Source: Candidatus Desantisbacteria bacterium CG1_02_49_89
Lineage (GTDB): Bacteria > Desantisbacteria > UBA1551
Length of the DNA stretch: 64,000 nucleotides
Reading direction: 5' to 3'
Assembly: GCA_001871075.1 (NCBI GenBank)
Contig: MNUP01000033.1
Coordinates: 437 to 64,436 of the forward strand
The notes beneath the pieces were generated by a model that was given only the letters and a program-made list of their open reading frames with translations, ran no database searches and was not told where the DNA came from. Below are positions 8,471-17,840 of this stretch, one piece after another (the stretch's first letter is position 1; every line of letters starts with the position of its first letter). The position numbers were made by a program, and so were the translations under genes.

Positions 8471-8756
8471 ACATCCTGGTTAATGATAAAGAAAAGATTG
8501 ATGAACCTTTCAGTCCGTCGCTCTTCCTGGGTGATCTGCATAAAAGAATGCGCGTCGCTTTGCTCTTCCACCCGTCGAAGACATAAGTGATGTCTTCGAC
8601 CCAGACTGAGCTACCTTGGCACGTTAAATACAGTGATGAGTGAAAAGTGTCGCCCCTTCGGCGACCCGCCGTTGAGGCGGGAAAAGTCAAAAGATCATAC
8701 AACAGACTGCCTGTCCGTAATTACTGATATTCGCTTAATTGATTGACGCTTTTTAT

Positions 8757-8831
8757 TGTCATTGCGAGCCCGAAGGGCGCGGCAATCTCGTCGTTAAAAG
8801 CGAGATTGCTTCGCTGTCGCTCGCAAAGACA
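8757..8831. repeat. MITE-like element E3, a short member of the GTCATTGCGAG family
   Basis: Termini GTCATTGCGAG / CTCGCAAAGAC. Internal GCAATCTCG...CGAGATTGC. Confidence 0.45.
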
Positions 8832-9063
8832 GTTGTCAAGGTATTATACGATTCTCAGTAGATAACTGGATAACTTGACGATTGGATAACTGGTTACTGC
8901 TAATCGTCCGATAATCTAATAGTCTAATTGACTAAAATATTATACCATATATTTAATCTATGTCAAGTTTTTAGATAATTTTAACAGGTTCAAAATAAAA
9001 TAGGCAGACTTTTTAAGGTCTGCCTATTTCTTTTGCCCTTTTATTCTTTTTCCCGGCCCGGTC

Positions 9064-10752
9064 CTACATCGCGGGAAGATAAACATGGAATGCCGCGCCG
9101 TCGCCAAGCGCAGATTCGGCTGAAATATGCCCGCCGTGCTTCTTGACTATGGCGAAAGCGACTGAAAGGCCCAGGCCGCTGCCTTTCGGCCTGGTAGTGA
9201 AAAACGGGTCAAATATCTTCGCGAGGTTCTCCTTCGGTATTCCTTCGCCCTGGTCTTTTACTGTTGTTTTCACGTATTTTCCGCTGCTTATTGGCAGCCC
9301 GTGCCCCTGGCCGAGTTCAACGTTCTCAGCGGTTATCCTGACTGTACCTCCTTCAGGCATTGCCTGTTCAGCGTTAATAACCAGGTTGTTTATGGCCTGG
9401 CTTATCTGTCCCTTGTCCGCGGATACGGAATACAGGTCATCCGGGATCGAGAAATCGCATTTGACGCCTGAACCGTTCAGCGCGGATACCGCTGAATCCC
9501 TTATCAGTACTGCTATGTCAATTGGTTCTGCAATCGTAGAGTCGCCTTTTGAGAAAGTAAGCAGCTGCTGGGTCAGGCCCCTTGCGCGCAGGCACGCCTT
9601 CTCAGCCGTCGATAGCGTCTCGTATGCCTCCTCCCCTGCCCGCATGTTCATTTTAGCAAGGCTGATATTCCCGACAACCACTGTCAGTATGTTGTTGAAA
9701 TTGTGCGCGATGCCGCCGGCAAGTATGCCCAGCGATTCCAGTTTCTGGGCCTTTTTAAGCTCTTCTTCCATCGTTTTCCTTTCCGTTATGTCCCTTATCA
9801 CGGCTAAGTGGCCTATGGGATTGCCGTTTTTATCCTTCAGCAGGGTAAATGACATAAGAGCGGTGAAGGTTGTCTTGTCTTTTCTGTAATGCGTTGTTTC
9901 CTCTCCCCAGCACCTTTGCAATTCATTGAAACCGCCCCTGCCTGCCGCGTTTTTTGTCTGTTCTTCTGAGTATATATCCGTGGCTTTCATCCCTATCATC
10001 TCATCAGGGGAATACCCGTGTATGCCCGCAAACGCGTTATTCACATAGGTCAGCGCGCATTCCATATCGCATATGGCTATACCGTCTATGGACTGTTCAA
10101 CCGCGGCGCTCAGCTTCCTTATTTCAGCGTCCGCTTTCTCCTGTTCGACCCGCTGAGAAGCGGATTCAAGCGCGAACGAGATATACGCGGCTAAGTTCTT
10201 TACTGACGGTACGGCCAGTTCTGCCAGGACCGGGGCAGTCATCGCGAATACGCCGCCAACACTCCCGCGGACCCAGATGGGCGTCAGGATCGTAACTTCT
10301 TTTTCGTAACCGAGTGTCACTGATATGAGCTTCGCTATCGGCCCGGGGTACAATTCATCGATTATATCGCTTACCTTTACGTGAAGCGTCTGCGCTTCCC
10401 TGACCACTTTGCCGTAGATCTTGGATTTATCCAGGGATATCTTGTATTTTGAAAGGCTATTCCCGGTCATTTTTTCAAGAAAACCCTTTTTGTCTGAGGA
10501 GCTTACCGAGGATACTGCAATTTCAAGATTGTCCCTGTCTTCAGCCAGGAGCAGAACCGAGCCTGTATATTTCCCTGACCCGGTAAACTCCTTTTCGACC
10601 GCGCCCAGCACTTCAGCCCTGTCCATTTTGCGGCACAAAGCTGTAGCCACTTTCTCAGAAAACTGTATTATGTTTATCAGCTCAGTATTCAGCTTGTCCT
10701 GATCCTGCCCCGGTCCTGCCGCCCCGCCCTTCCCTTTTTCATCGTAACTCAT
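9064..10752 (-). CDS. GAF-PAS sensor histidine kinase
   Basis: HisKA motif LESLGILAGGIAHNFNN. HATPase_c G-boxes (GEGIPKENL, GSGLGLS). PAS and GAF upstream. Confidence 0.8.
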   Translation of the reverse strand: MSYDEKGKGGAAGPGQDQDKLNTELINIIQFSEKVATALCRKMDRAEVLGAVEKEFTGSGKYTGSVLLLAEDRDNLEIAVSSVSSSDKKGFLEKMTGNSLSKYKISLDKSKIYGKVVREAQTLHVKVSDIIDELYPGPIAKLISVTLGYEKEVTILTPIWVRGSVGGVFAMTAPVLAELAVPSVKNLAAYISFALESASQRVEQEKADAEIRKLSAAVEQSIDGIAICDMECALTYVNNAFAGIHGYSPDEMIGMKATDIYSEEQTKNAAGRGGFNELQRCWGEETTHYRKDKTTFTALMSFTLLKDKNGNPIGHLAVIRDITERKTMEEELKKAQKLESLGILAGGIAHNFNNILTVVVGNISLAKMNMRAGEEAYETLSTAEKACLRARGLTQQLLTFSKGDSTIAEPIDIAVLIRDSAVSALNGSGVKCDFSIPDDLYSVSADKGQISQAINNLVINAEQAMPEGGTVRITAENVELGQGHGLPISSGKYVKTTVKDQGEGIPKENLAKIFDPFFTTRPKGSGLGLSVAFAIVKKHGGHISAESALGDGAAFHVYLPAM

Positions 10753-11914
10753 TTTTAGCCTCCTTTATCACGCTGTCCAGCACCCTGCTTAATTTCGTAA
10801 TAGTATAAGGTTTTGGGATCCCTCCGATGAAGCCGTATTCCCGGTAATGCACCATTACAGGATCGTTTGAGCCGCCGCTTGACACGATCGCCTTCGCGCC
10901 CGGGTCCGTCTTCAGGATCTCGCCGATCGCTTCTCTGCCGCCCATCCTGCCCGGCACTATAAGGTCCATTATAACAACGCCGAATTTACTGCCTGACTCC
11001 ATAGCCTGCCTGTATGTTTCCGCTGCTTCCTTCCCGTCCCTTGCGGATGTTACCTTATAGCCGATCCTTTCCAGCATCAAGGCCGCGGTATTTAATACTT
11101 CTTCCTCGTCATCCATCAGAAGGACCCTGCCCTTACCCTGCAGGATCGTTTTTTTCTGCGCGGCCGCGGTTTCCGGTTTCCCCTCTGACGCCGGAATATA
11201 TATATGGAAAGAAGCGCCCATGCCTGGCCCTGACTCAGCTGTTATGTGCCCGTTGTGCTCTTTGAAGATCTCAGACGCGATATTAAGGCCTATGCCGCTG
11301 CCTTCATGTTTGGTAGTAAAAAAAGGCTCAAAGATCCTGGACAGGTTCTCGCCGGGTATCCCTATACCGGTGTCTTTCACGGTTATTTTCACGTATTTGC
11401 CGTTTTTCAGGGGGAAAGGGTGGCCCTGCTCCAGCACCGCGTTCTCCGCGCTGACCTTTATCGTGCTCCCTTTTGTTACTGACTGCTCGGCGTTTATCAC
11501 AACGTTGTTTATGGCAAGCGTGATGCGGCCGGGATCTATTTCAGCGTCCCACAGATCTTTTGGTATTGAGAACCTGCAGCCAACGCCTGAACCGTGAAGC
11601 GCCAGCATCGCTGAGCTTTTTATCAGGCCTTCCATGGATATCGTTTCATTAACAGGAGCTCCGCGGCTTGAGAAGGCAAAAAGCCGCCTGACCAGGTCTC
11701 TTGCGCGCAGGCATGCTTTCTCCGCTCCGCCTAATACCCTGTAAGCCGCGCCTGACGCGCCAGAATCCATTTTCGCGAGTTCTATATTACCCAGTATTAT
11801 TGTCAGCGCGTTATTCAGGTCATGGGCCGTGCCCGCGGTAAATTTAATGAAGGAAACCGATTCATCCAGTTTCTCCCGCAAGCCCCGCGAATGCATTCCT
11901 TGTTTAAGTTTCAT
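10739..11914 (-). CDS. Hybrid histidine kinase (HisKA-HATPase-REC)
   Basis: AHDLNNALTII H-box. GIGIPGENL / GSGIGLN. C-terminal receiver (VLLMDDEEEV...D). It overlaps the downstream kinase by 14 nt. Confidence 0.8.
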   Translation of the reverse strand: MKLKQGMHSRGLREKLDESVSFIKFTAGTAHDLNNALTIILGNIELAKMDSGASGAAYRVLGGAEKACLRARDLVRRLFAFSSRGAPVNETISMEGLIKSSAMLALHGSGVGCRFSIPKDLWDAEIDPGRITLAINNVVINAEQSVTKGSTIKVSAENAVLEQGHPFPLKNGKYVKITVKDTGIGIPGENLSRIFEPFFTTKHEGSGIGLNIASEIFKEHNGHITAESGPGMGASFHIYIPASEGKPETAAAQKKTILQGKGRVLLMDDEEEVLNTAALMLERIGYKVTSARDGKEAAETYRQAMESGSKFGVVIMDLIVPGRMGGREAIGEILKTDPGAKAIVSSGGSNDPVMVHYREYGFIGGIPKPYTITKLSRVLDSVIKEAKNELR

Positions 11915-11939
11915 CTGTTCCTCCCCTGGCGCCTAATTT

Positions 11940-12992
11940 CTATTTTCCGTGCAGCATGTTCTTCAAAAGGCCGGGATTGCTTGACCTGGAGATCGCCTCT
12001 TCATAATCGATCAGCCCCTTTTCATGCAGTTCCTTCAAAGACTGCTCCATGGTCGTCATCCCCTGTTCCCTTCCCAGCTGGATAGCGCTGGGTATCTGGT
12101 GGGTCTTGCCCTCGCGTATCAGGTTCGCTATGGCAGCCGTAAAAAGCATTATCTCCCTTGCCGCGACCCTGCCCCCGCCTATACGGCTGAGCAGCTGCTG
12201 GGAAATGATCCCCTTAAGGGCCATTGAAAGCTGCGCCCTTATCTGCTGCTGCTGGCCGACGGGAAAAACGTCTATGATGCGGTCCACGGTCTGGGCCGCG
12301 TCGATTGTATGGAGCGTGGAAAACACAAGATGCCCTGTCTCCGCGAGAGTTATCGCGGCAACAATGGTCTCCAGATCCCTCATCTCGCCCACCAGGAGCA
12401 CGTCCGGGTCCTCGCGCAGGGCGTCCTTCATGGCGCCCGCGAAGGAACCCATGTGGACGCTGAGCCCCCGTTGATGCACTACTGCTTTTTTCTTCGGGTA
12501 TATGAACTCGATGGGGTCTTCGACCGTGATAATGTGGCATTTCTTCTCGCTGTTTATCAGGTCTATCATGGCTGCAAGGGTCGTGGATTTCCCGCTGCCC
12601 GTAGGGCCGGTCACAAGCACCAGGCCCCTGGGAAGCCTTGCAAGGTCATAAGCGATCTTCGGCATATCAAGGCTTTCCATTGACGGAATCTTCGTGGGTA
12701 TCGGCCTGAGCGCTACCGCTATGCCGCCCAGTTCCTGGAATACGTTAACACGGAACCTGCCTTCAGTGATCCCGTATGAAAAATCCAGAGAGTAGTTCTC
12801 CTCGAACATTTTTGCCTGGTTTGTGCTCATCATGCTGTAAGCCAGGTTTTTTGCGTCAGCTGTGGTGAGATCCGTTTCGTTCATGGGGATAAGCTCACCT
12901 GCCAAACGGACCATCGCGGGCATGCCCGCGCTCAAATGGATGTCTGAAACTCCCTTTCTAACGCTCTCCTTCAGAATATCGTTGATGTCCAT
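11940..12992 (-). CDS. pilT: Type IV pilus retraction ATPase PilT
   Basis: Walker A GPTGSGKSTTLAAMID. PilT family architecture. 350 aa. Confidence 0.85.
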   Translation of the reverse strand: MDINDILKESVRKGVSDIHLSAGMPAMVRLAGELIPMNETDLTTADAKNLAYSMMSTNQAKMFEENYSLDFSYGITEGRFRVNVFQELGGIAVALRPIPTKIPSMESLDMPKIAYDLARLPRGLVLVTGPTGSGKSTTLAAMIDLINSEKKCHIITVEDPIEFIYPKKKAVVHQRGLSVHMGSFAGAMKDALREDPDVLLVGEMRDLETIVAAITLAETGHLVFSTLHTIDAAQTVDRIIDVFPVGQQQQIRAQLSMALKGIISQQLLSRIGGGRVAAREIMLFTAAIANLIREGKTHQIPSAIQLGREQGMTTMEQSLKELHEKGLIDYEEAISRSSNPGLLKNMLHGK

Positions 12993-13016
12993 GCTTCCTC
13001 CTTATTCCCTTATATA

Positions 13017-14153
13017 TTACTCCGATTTCTTTTCCGGATCAGGCAAAATATCTCCGTTGTCACCGCCCGGGGAGCCTGACGGTCCCTGCCGGGTGTCTTT
13101 GAATTCCTCAGCGGTCTTTCTTACTTTTTCTATCGAACCGAGAAAGACCTTAAGGATCAACGGGTCGAAATGCCTGCCTGCCTCGCTGCCCATTATTTCA
13201 ACCGCTTTTTCAATAGTGTAAGACGGTTTGTAGACCCTTCTGGAAGTAAGCGCGTCAAATACATCCGCGATGGCCGCTATCCTGCCGAAAACAGGGATGT
13301 CCTCGCCGGATATGCGCCTGGGGTAACCGGTCCCGTCGAATTTTTCGTGATGCACGAGCGCGATATCCCTTGCCGGCTCCAGGATCTCGTTGCCTGAACC
13401 CGAGAGGATCTGCGCGCCTATGAGCGGGTGCCTTTTCACTTCCTCATACTCCTCCGCGGTGAGCTTGCCCGGTTTCAGCAGAGTTGATTTGCATATCCCT
13501 ATCTTGCCTATATCGTGCAAAGGAGAAGCGTATTTTATAAGCTCCGCCTGTTTCTCGGTAAGCCCCAGGCTTCTCGCGATAATAACGCAGTAATCTCTCA
13601 TCCTCAGCAGGTGGCCGCCTACCAACCCGCTCGGGTATTCGGCGATCGCGCAGAGCTTCAGGATGGTCTCTGAGATCGCGTCCTTGTTCTCCCTGGCAAG
13701 CTTGCTGGTTTCCACATCGGAACATACCAGTTTTTTCATAAGGGATCTTTCCCATTCGATATCGCCCCTCTGCTCTCTCTGCTCAAGATGGCTGTCCACG
13801 GTCATGCGCAGCGACTGCGCGTCAAAAGGTTTCACGATATAATCACAGGCTCCGGACTTGAAGATCCTTATCGTGGAATCAAGCGCAGGAAAGCCGGTCA
13901 TCACTATAACGTCTGTTGAGGGCGAGACCGCCTTTGTTCTTTTCAGCAGTTCTTCCCCGCCCAGCCCCGGCATTTTTATATCCGTCAGCATTAAGGCAAA
14001 CTTAACCCTCTGGATGTATTCAAGCGCTTCCATCCCGCCTGACGCGGCGTAGGTGCTGATCGAAGGTTTCTCAAGGGCGCGCCTGCAGAAATTCCTTATA
14101 TCCTCCTCGTCTTCAACTATCAGTACGTTCTCGTTTTTTTTATGCCCTGCCAT
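13017..14153 (-). CDS. Response regulator with HD-GYP c-di-GMP phosphodiesterase domain
   Basis: REC (LIVEDEEDIRNF...D). HD...HHEKFDGTGYP motif. Confidence 0.85.
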   Translation of the reverse strand: MAGHKKNENVLIVEDEEDIRNFCRRALEKPSISTYAASGGMEALEYIQRVKFALMLTDIKMPGLGGEELLKRTKAVSPSTDVIVMTGFPALDSTIRIFKSGACDYIVKPFDAQSLRMTVDSHLEQREQRGDIEWERSLMKKLVCSDVETSKLARENKDAISETILKLCAIAEYPSGLVGGHLLRMRDYCVIIARSLGLTEKQAELIKYASPLHDIGKIGICKSTLLKPGKLTAEEYEEVKRHPLIGAQILSGSGNEILEPARDIALVHHEKFDGTGYPRRISGEDIPVFGRIAAIADVFDALTSRRVYKPSYTIEKAVEIMGSEAGRHFDPLILKVFLGSIEKVRKTAEEFKDTRQGPSGSPGGDNGDILPDPEKKSE

Positions 14154-14177
14154 TTTAAGCCTCCTTATGCCATATTG

Positions 14178-16046
14178 TTAATTTTCACTCGGCTGAACCC
14201 TTTTATCTCCGGGTTGTCTTTTGTAATTCACAAGCACCTCGTTTATCAGTTCCCCGAAATTCATTGGTTTAAAGATAAAATCGCAGGCGCCCAGCCTGAA
14301 CGCTTCCTCGGCAAGGTCTATGTTGTCATACGCCGTCATCATAATAACAGGCGCCTCGCATCCGGCATCCTTTATCAGGCCCAGAGTTTCCACCCCGTTC
14401 ATCTCAGGCATCCTGATATCCAGCAATATAAGGTCTATCGGCAGGTTTTTTATCATCCTTAATGCTTCGCGGCCTGAATTCGCGGTTTCCGCGTCAAATC
14501 CCGCTTTATCCAGCATCTCCTTTAAAATAACCGCCACATCCGCGTCGTCGTCCACTACAAGGATCTTCATATCGATCTTTTCCTTATTATTCACAGGCGC
14601 AACCGTTTGCCCCTTATCCGTTCCGTCATTCAAAAGCCTGTTGCGGCCTGCGTAAACATTATTTCCGCCGAGTTCTTTTGCCTTGTACATAGCCTTGTCC
14701 GCCGTTGCCGCAGGGTCGCATCCTTCAATATACTGAACTGTTCCAATGCTGATGGTAACGCCGCTTGAAGGAAAGATCTGTTCCTTTACTATTACCCTCA
14801 GTTTCTCGGCCAGCGCTATCGCGCTTTTGACGTCTGATCCGGGCAGCAGAACAAGGAACTCATCCCCGCCGCGCCTGAACGCCTTATCAACGCCCGCCCT
14901 GATCTCCTCATTCAGCATTCTGCCGAACCTTTGAAGGACCCTGTCGCCTGCCTCATGCCCGTAACGGTCATTGCACTTCTTGAACCCGTCCATGTCAATA
15001 GAGAGCATCGAGAATGGCTTTCCTGTCCCGGCGCTCCCGGCTTTCTCGGATTCAAGCGAGATGAAGAACTGCCTTGAGTTATATAACCCGGTAAGATAAT
15101 CAACCCTGCTCAGCCTCTGGACCGCGTCCATCATCTTCCTCTGGCTCGTAACGTCCACCAGGACTATTTCCACAGCCGGCTCGCCCTGGAAAGAGATAAG
15201 CTTGTTATTTATGATCATGTCTATAAATGTTCCATCTTTCCTTATTAAGCTCAGGTTATACCTGGGCACTTCCGCGCCTTCAAGGGTTTCCCTTACCTTC
15301 TCCGAGAACATTTCTTTGTCTTCGCGCTTTATTATCTCCCTGATATCGAACTTTCCGGGAACCAGGTCTCCGTCTTTATATCCCAGCAGCCTTTGCACGG
15401 CCCCGTTGATGTAACTGACGGTCGACCGCCGGAGGATCGCTATAATGTTCGGTGATGTTTCCACAAGCATCCTGAATTTTTCCTCGGATTTCTTCAGATC
15501 GTCCTCTACCCCGCCTATCTTGACGCCCTCACCCCACATCATATATGAAGTGAAGCCAAGGTAGGGAAGCCCTATTGCCACAAGGAACATCATCGCGCCT
15601 TTTTCGTTCATCACGATCCAGCCGGGGATGAAATCAAAACGCTGGCCGAGGAACAGAATAAGGAAAAGAAAGGCGCTCAGGCCTGCAAGGAAAGGTATGT
15701 TCTTCCTTCCGGTGAGCCTGGTAGCGATGATGATGGGCCATATGTAGGCGATGAAAAAGGCGGTGCGGATGCTGCCCATAAGATAAAGGAACAGCGAGAC
15801 AAAAAGCACGTCCAGGACAAAAGGCACGTAATTCACCCTGTGTATGATCCTGCTTGAAGCCATATACCTGTAAACAAGGCTTTCCGCGAATTCCACTATG
15901 CCCAGCACAAGCAAAGGAAGAAGCATCTCGGCATGCATTACCAGGCGCAGTATTATAATAAGGATAAGGAAAGAACCCGTGACCGCAAGGCGCACGCGGA
16001 TGAATTTTTTCCAGGAATCAGGCGTATTCAGTGTTTCGTTCCTCAT
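14178..16046 (-). CDS. Membrane PAS-GGDEF diguanylate cyclase with C-terminal receiver
   Basis: Multi-TM N-terminus. PAS. RGGDEF motif (RRGGDEFLVLLPG). C-terminal REC (ILVVDDDADV). Confidence 0.8.
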   Translation of the reverse strand: MRNETLNTPDSWKKFIRVRLAVTGSFLILIIILRLVMHAEMLLPLLVLGIVEFAESLVYRYMASSRIIHRVNYVPFVLDVLFVSLFLYLMGSIRTAFFIAYIWPIIIATRLTGRKNIPFLAGLSAFLFLILFLGQRFDFIPGWIVMNEKGAMMFLVAIGLPYLGFTSYMMWGEGVKIGGVEDDLKKSEEKFRMLVETSPNIIAILRRSTVSYINGAVQRLLGYKDGDLVPGKFDIREIIKREDKEMFSEKVRETLEGAEVPRYNLSLIRKDGTFIDMIINNKLISFQGEPAVEIVLVDVTSQRKMMDAVQRLSRVDYLTGLYNSRQFFISLESEKAGSAGTGKPFSMLSIDMDGFKKCNDRYGHEAGDRVLQRFGRMLNEEIRAGVDKAFRRGGDEFLVLLPGSDVKSAIALAEKLRVIVKEQIFPSSGVTISIGTVQYIEGCDPAATADKAMYKAKELGGNNVYAGRNRLLNDGTDKGQTVAPVNNKEKIDMKILVVDDDADVAVILKEMLDKAGFDAETANSGREALRMIKNLPIDLILLDIRMPEMNGVETLGLIKDAGCEAPVIMMTAYDNIDLAEEAFRLGACDFIFKPMNFGELINEVLVNYKRQPGDKRVQPSEN

Positions 16047-16663
16047 TTTGAACCTCCCGCGATTTTCTTCCTTGGAACCACATAGATGCGGAGCCCGGTC
16101 TCAAAAGTAACATTACCCAGCCCGAACGTGACATCTGAACCCGCTATGTCCGTGCTCATCATTGTGTAACCGTACCCAAGGCCGCAGTACACACAAAGCG
16201 CCTCATCAATGCCGATCTCGATCCCTGCTTTTGCTTCCACACCCCACAGCACTGTCTTGCCGGCGCCAAGCCCGTATGACTCAAGTATTGTTATCGCTTC
16301 TTTACCGCTGCCGATAAGGAACGGCAGAACATCATTGAATAGTTCATCTTTTGTATTAGTTTCCTTATAATACTTAAGGTCAATGCCGATGAACGGGCTT
16401 ATGAACTTCTGCTTGATCCTCGTCTGGAATCCCACTGTTACCGGAGTCATCTTGATACGCCCTTCGCTATCCACGCACCATCCCGGCACTATCCTTAGTG
16501 AACCCATCAGGATCTCGATCTGCCACATACCGGTCATAGAACCGATCCCTCCCGCGCTTCCCAAAACAGCGTGACTTGCGCCGAGCGCAAAACCGGACAC
16601 ATTTCCGCTGAACCCCAATCCGAGAACACCCGCGACTGCCACTGCCGCCAACAATCTTTTCAT
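16043..16663 (-). CDS. Putative 8-strand outer-membrane beta-barrel protein, paralog B
   Basis: Signal peptide MKRLLAAVAVAG. Alternating aromatic/Gly beta-strand pattern. About 45% identical to the 16706-17353 product. The tracked ORF extends to 16699, but the internal MKRLL start at 16663 fits better. It overlaps the GGDEF gene start by ATGA. Confidence 0.55.
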   Translation of the reverse strand: MKRLLAAVAVAGVLGLGFSGNVSGFALGASHAVLGSAGGIGSMTGMWQIEILMGSLRIVPGWCVDSEGRIKMTPVTVGFQTRIKQKFISPFIGIDLKYYKETNTKDELFNDVLPFLIGSGKEAITILESYGLGAGKTVLWGVEAKAGIEIGIDEALCVYCGLGYGYTMMSTDIAGSDVTFGLGNVTFETGLRIYVVPRKKIAGGSK

Positions 16664-16705
16664 AACTCCTCCTGCTTTAAACGTTTGTTCTATCCGCATT
16701 CAGGA

Positions 16706-17353
16706 TCATTTCTTCACGCCGGGCACCGCGGGATTATTCCCGTGCTCATCCTTAGGCCTGCCGATAAGATAAAGACGGAACCCTGTTTCCCATGTCACGC
16801 TGCCTATACCGAAGGTTACGTTGCCTGAACCAAAGTTTGCACTTATCATTGTGTAGCCGAAGCCTATGCCGGTGTAGATCCTGACCGCTTTATCCAGGCC
16901 GAATTCCACGCCTGCCTTTGCCTCAATTCCCCACAGAGTGGTGTAGCCGTCTCCAAACCCGTATTTCTGGATCTCTGCCATCAGGTCCGTGCTGCAGCCG
17001 ATTATCTTCGGAAGAACCTTATTGAACAGTTCATCTTTTGAACTGGTTTCCGCGTAATACGTAAGGTCCAGCCCGATATAAGGGCTGATGAAAGGCAGGG
17101 GCGCTTTCGCGATAAAACCAAACGTGAACGGGGTCATCATTACTCTTCCCTCGTTGTCTGTAAGCCAGCCCGGGGTAATGCACAAGGGCCCGACCAAGAC
17201 CTCGATCTGCCACATACCGTTCATGGAGCCTACCCCTGAAATGTTTCCCAGCCCGGCATGCCTTGCGCCGATGCTGACATCCAGAGCTTCCGCCGCCATA
17301 CCGAAACCTGCTACCGCTGCTAAAACCAGCATAACCGTTAACACCTTCTTCAT
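16706..17353 (-). CDS. Putative 8-strand outer-membrane beta-barrel protein, paralog A
   Basis: Signal peptide MKKVLTVMLVLAAVAG. Shared motifs with paralog B: MNGMWQIEVLVGPL and C-terminal GFRLY. Confidence 0.55.
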   Translation of the reverse strand: MKKVLTVMLVLAAVAGFGMAAEALDVSIGARHAGLGNISGVGSMNGMWQIEVLVGPLCITPGWLTDNEGRVMMTPFTFGFIAKAPLPFISPYIGLDLTYYAETSSKDELFNKVLPKIIGCSTDLMAEIQKYGFGDGYTTLWGIEAKAGVEFGLDKAVRIYTGIGFGYTMISANFGSGNVTFGIGSVTWETGFRLYLIGRPKDEHGNNPAVPGVKK

Positions 17354-17410
17354 AAAACCTCCTTAAAAATTTTGTTTTTGTCTGCGACGCAACCTTCTTG
17401 TGTAACAATA

Positions 17411-17431
17411 AAAGACAACAAACGTGCCAAC
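17411..17431 (-). promoter_or_regulatory. Candidate sigma-54 (-24/-12) promoter for the OMP/GGDEF/HD-GYP/pilT operon
   Basis: The minus strand reads TGGCACGTTTGTTGTC, i.e. TGGCAC-N5-TTGT against the consensus TGGCAC-N5-TTGC. It lies about 60 nt upstream of the 17353 start. An NtrC-family activator gene sits immediately upstream. Confidence 0.4.
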
Positions 17432-17749
17432 ATCGTCCGTTAAGGAGCGGTTTTCTGGGTATTTTAATGTTTTCCCGTCGGTAAAACAAAAATAGAAGTT
17501 TAATTTTGGTTCATGGAAGGCGGGCTGACGCAGGGCGGAAGTGAATACCGGAAATATGCGGCAATAAGCGGAAAAAACAGGGAATCAGGTATTCTGTGTA
17601 TGAAAAAAATGAATATATTTTTTGTTCACTGAATATCGGCTTTAAAATAAAAAATCCCCCTTTTCTAAAAGAGGATTTGGAGTAGGGGCTTTAGCCCCGT
17701 TTTTTACGACCGTAAAGGGTCTATTCCAAAAGAATGAGGGCTGTCAAAA

Positions 17750-17776
17750 TAAAAAACCGCCCTTATTCAGAGCGGT
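17750..17776 (-). terminator. Intrinsic terminator after the NtrC-like gene
   Basis: The minus strand reads AACCGCTCTGAATAAGGGCGGTTTTTT, a hairpin plus T-run, about 65 nt after the stop at 17841. Confidence 0.5.
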
Positions 17777-17840
17777 TAGTTCCTATGTTCCCATGGTTCA
17801 CGTTTAACAATTTACATTTTGAATTTTGCATTTTGCATTT

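Noticed and set aside
8116-8700. Classical tRNA-targeting integrative element (genomic island)
   Set aside because: It is the 5' halves that are duplicated, not the 3' end. The intervening DNA is under 100 nt. No integrase, recombinase or transposase ORF is present. Reported instead as an unexplained fragment/hairpin architecture.
8381-8702. ORFs of 69 and 84 aa across the tRNA-Phe locus
   Set aside because: They span a tRNA gene and its fragment/hairpin repeats. Non-coding.
12214-12683. ORFs of 108 and 124 aa overlapping pilT
   Set aside because: Out-of-frame or antisense overlaps within a highly conserved ATPase gene. Arg/Pro/Gly-rich translation is characteristic of spurious frames.
17683-17706. 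Plus-strand terminator-like hairpin GGGGCTTTAGCCCC + TTTTTT
   Set aside because: No plus-strand gene or obvious transcript lies upstream. It may be an orphan or antisense terminator, but there is not enough evidence to call a feature.
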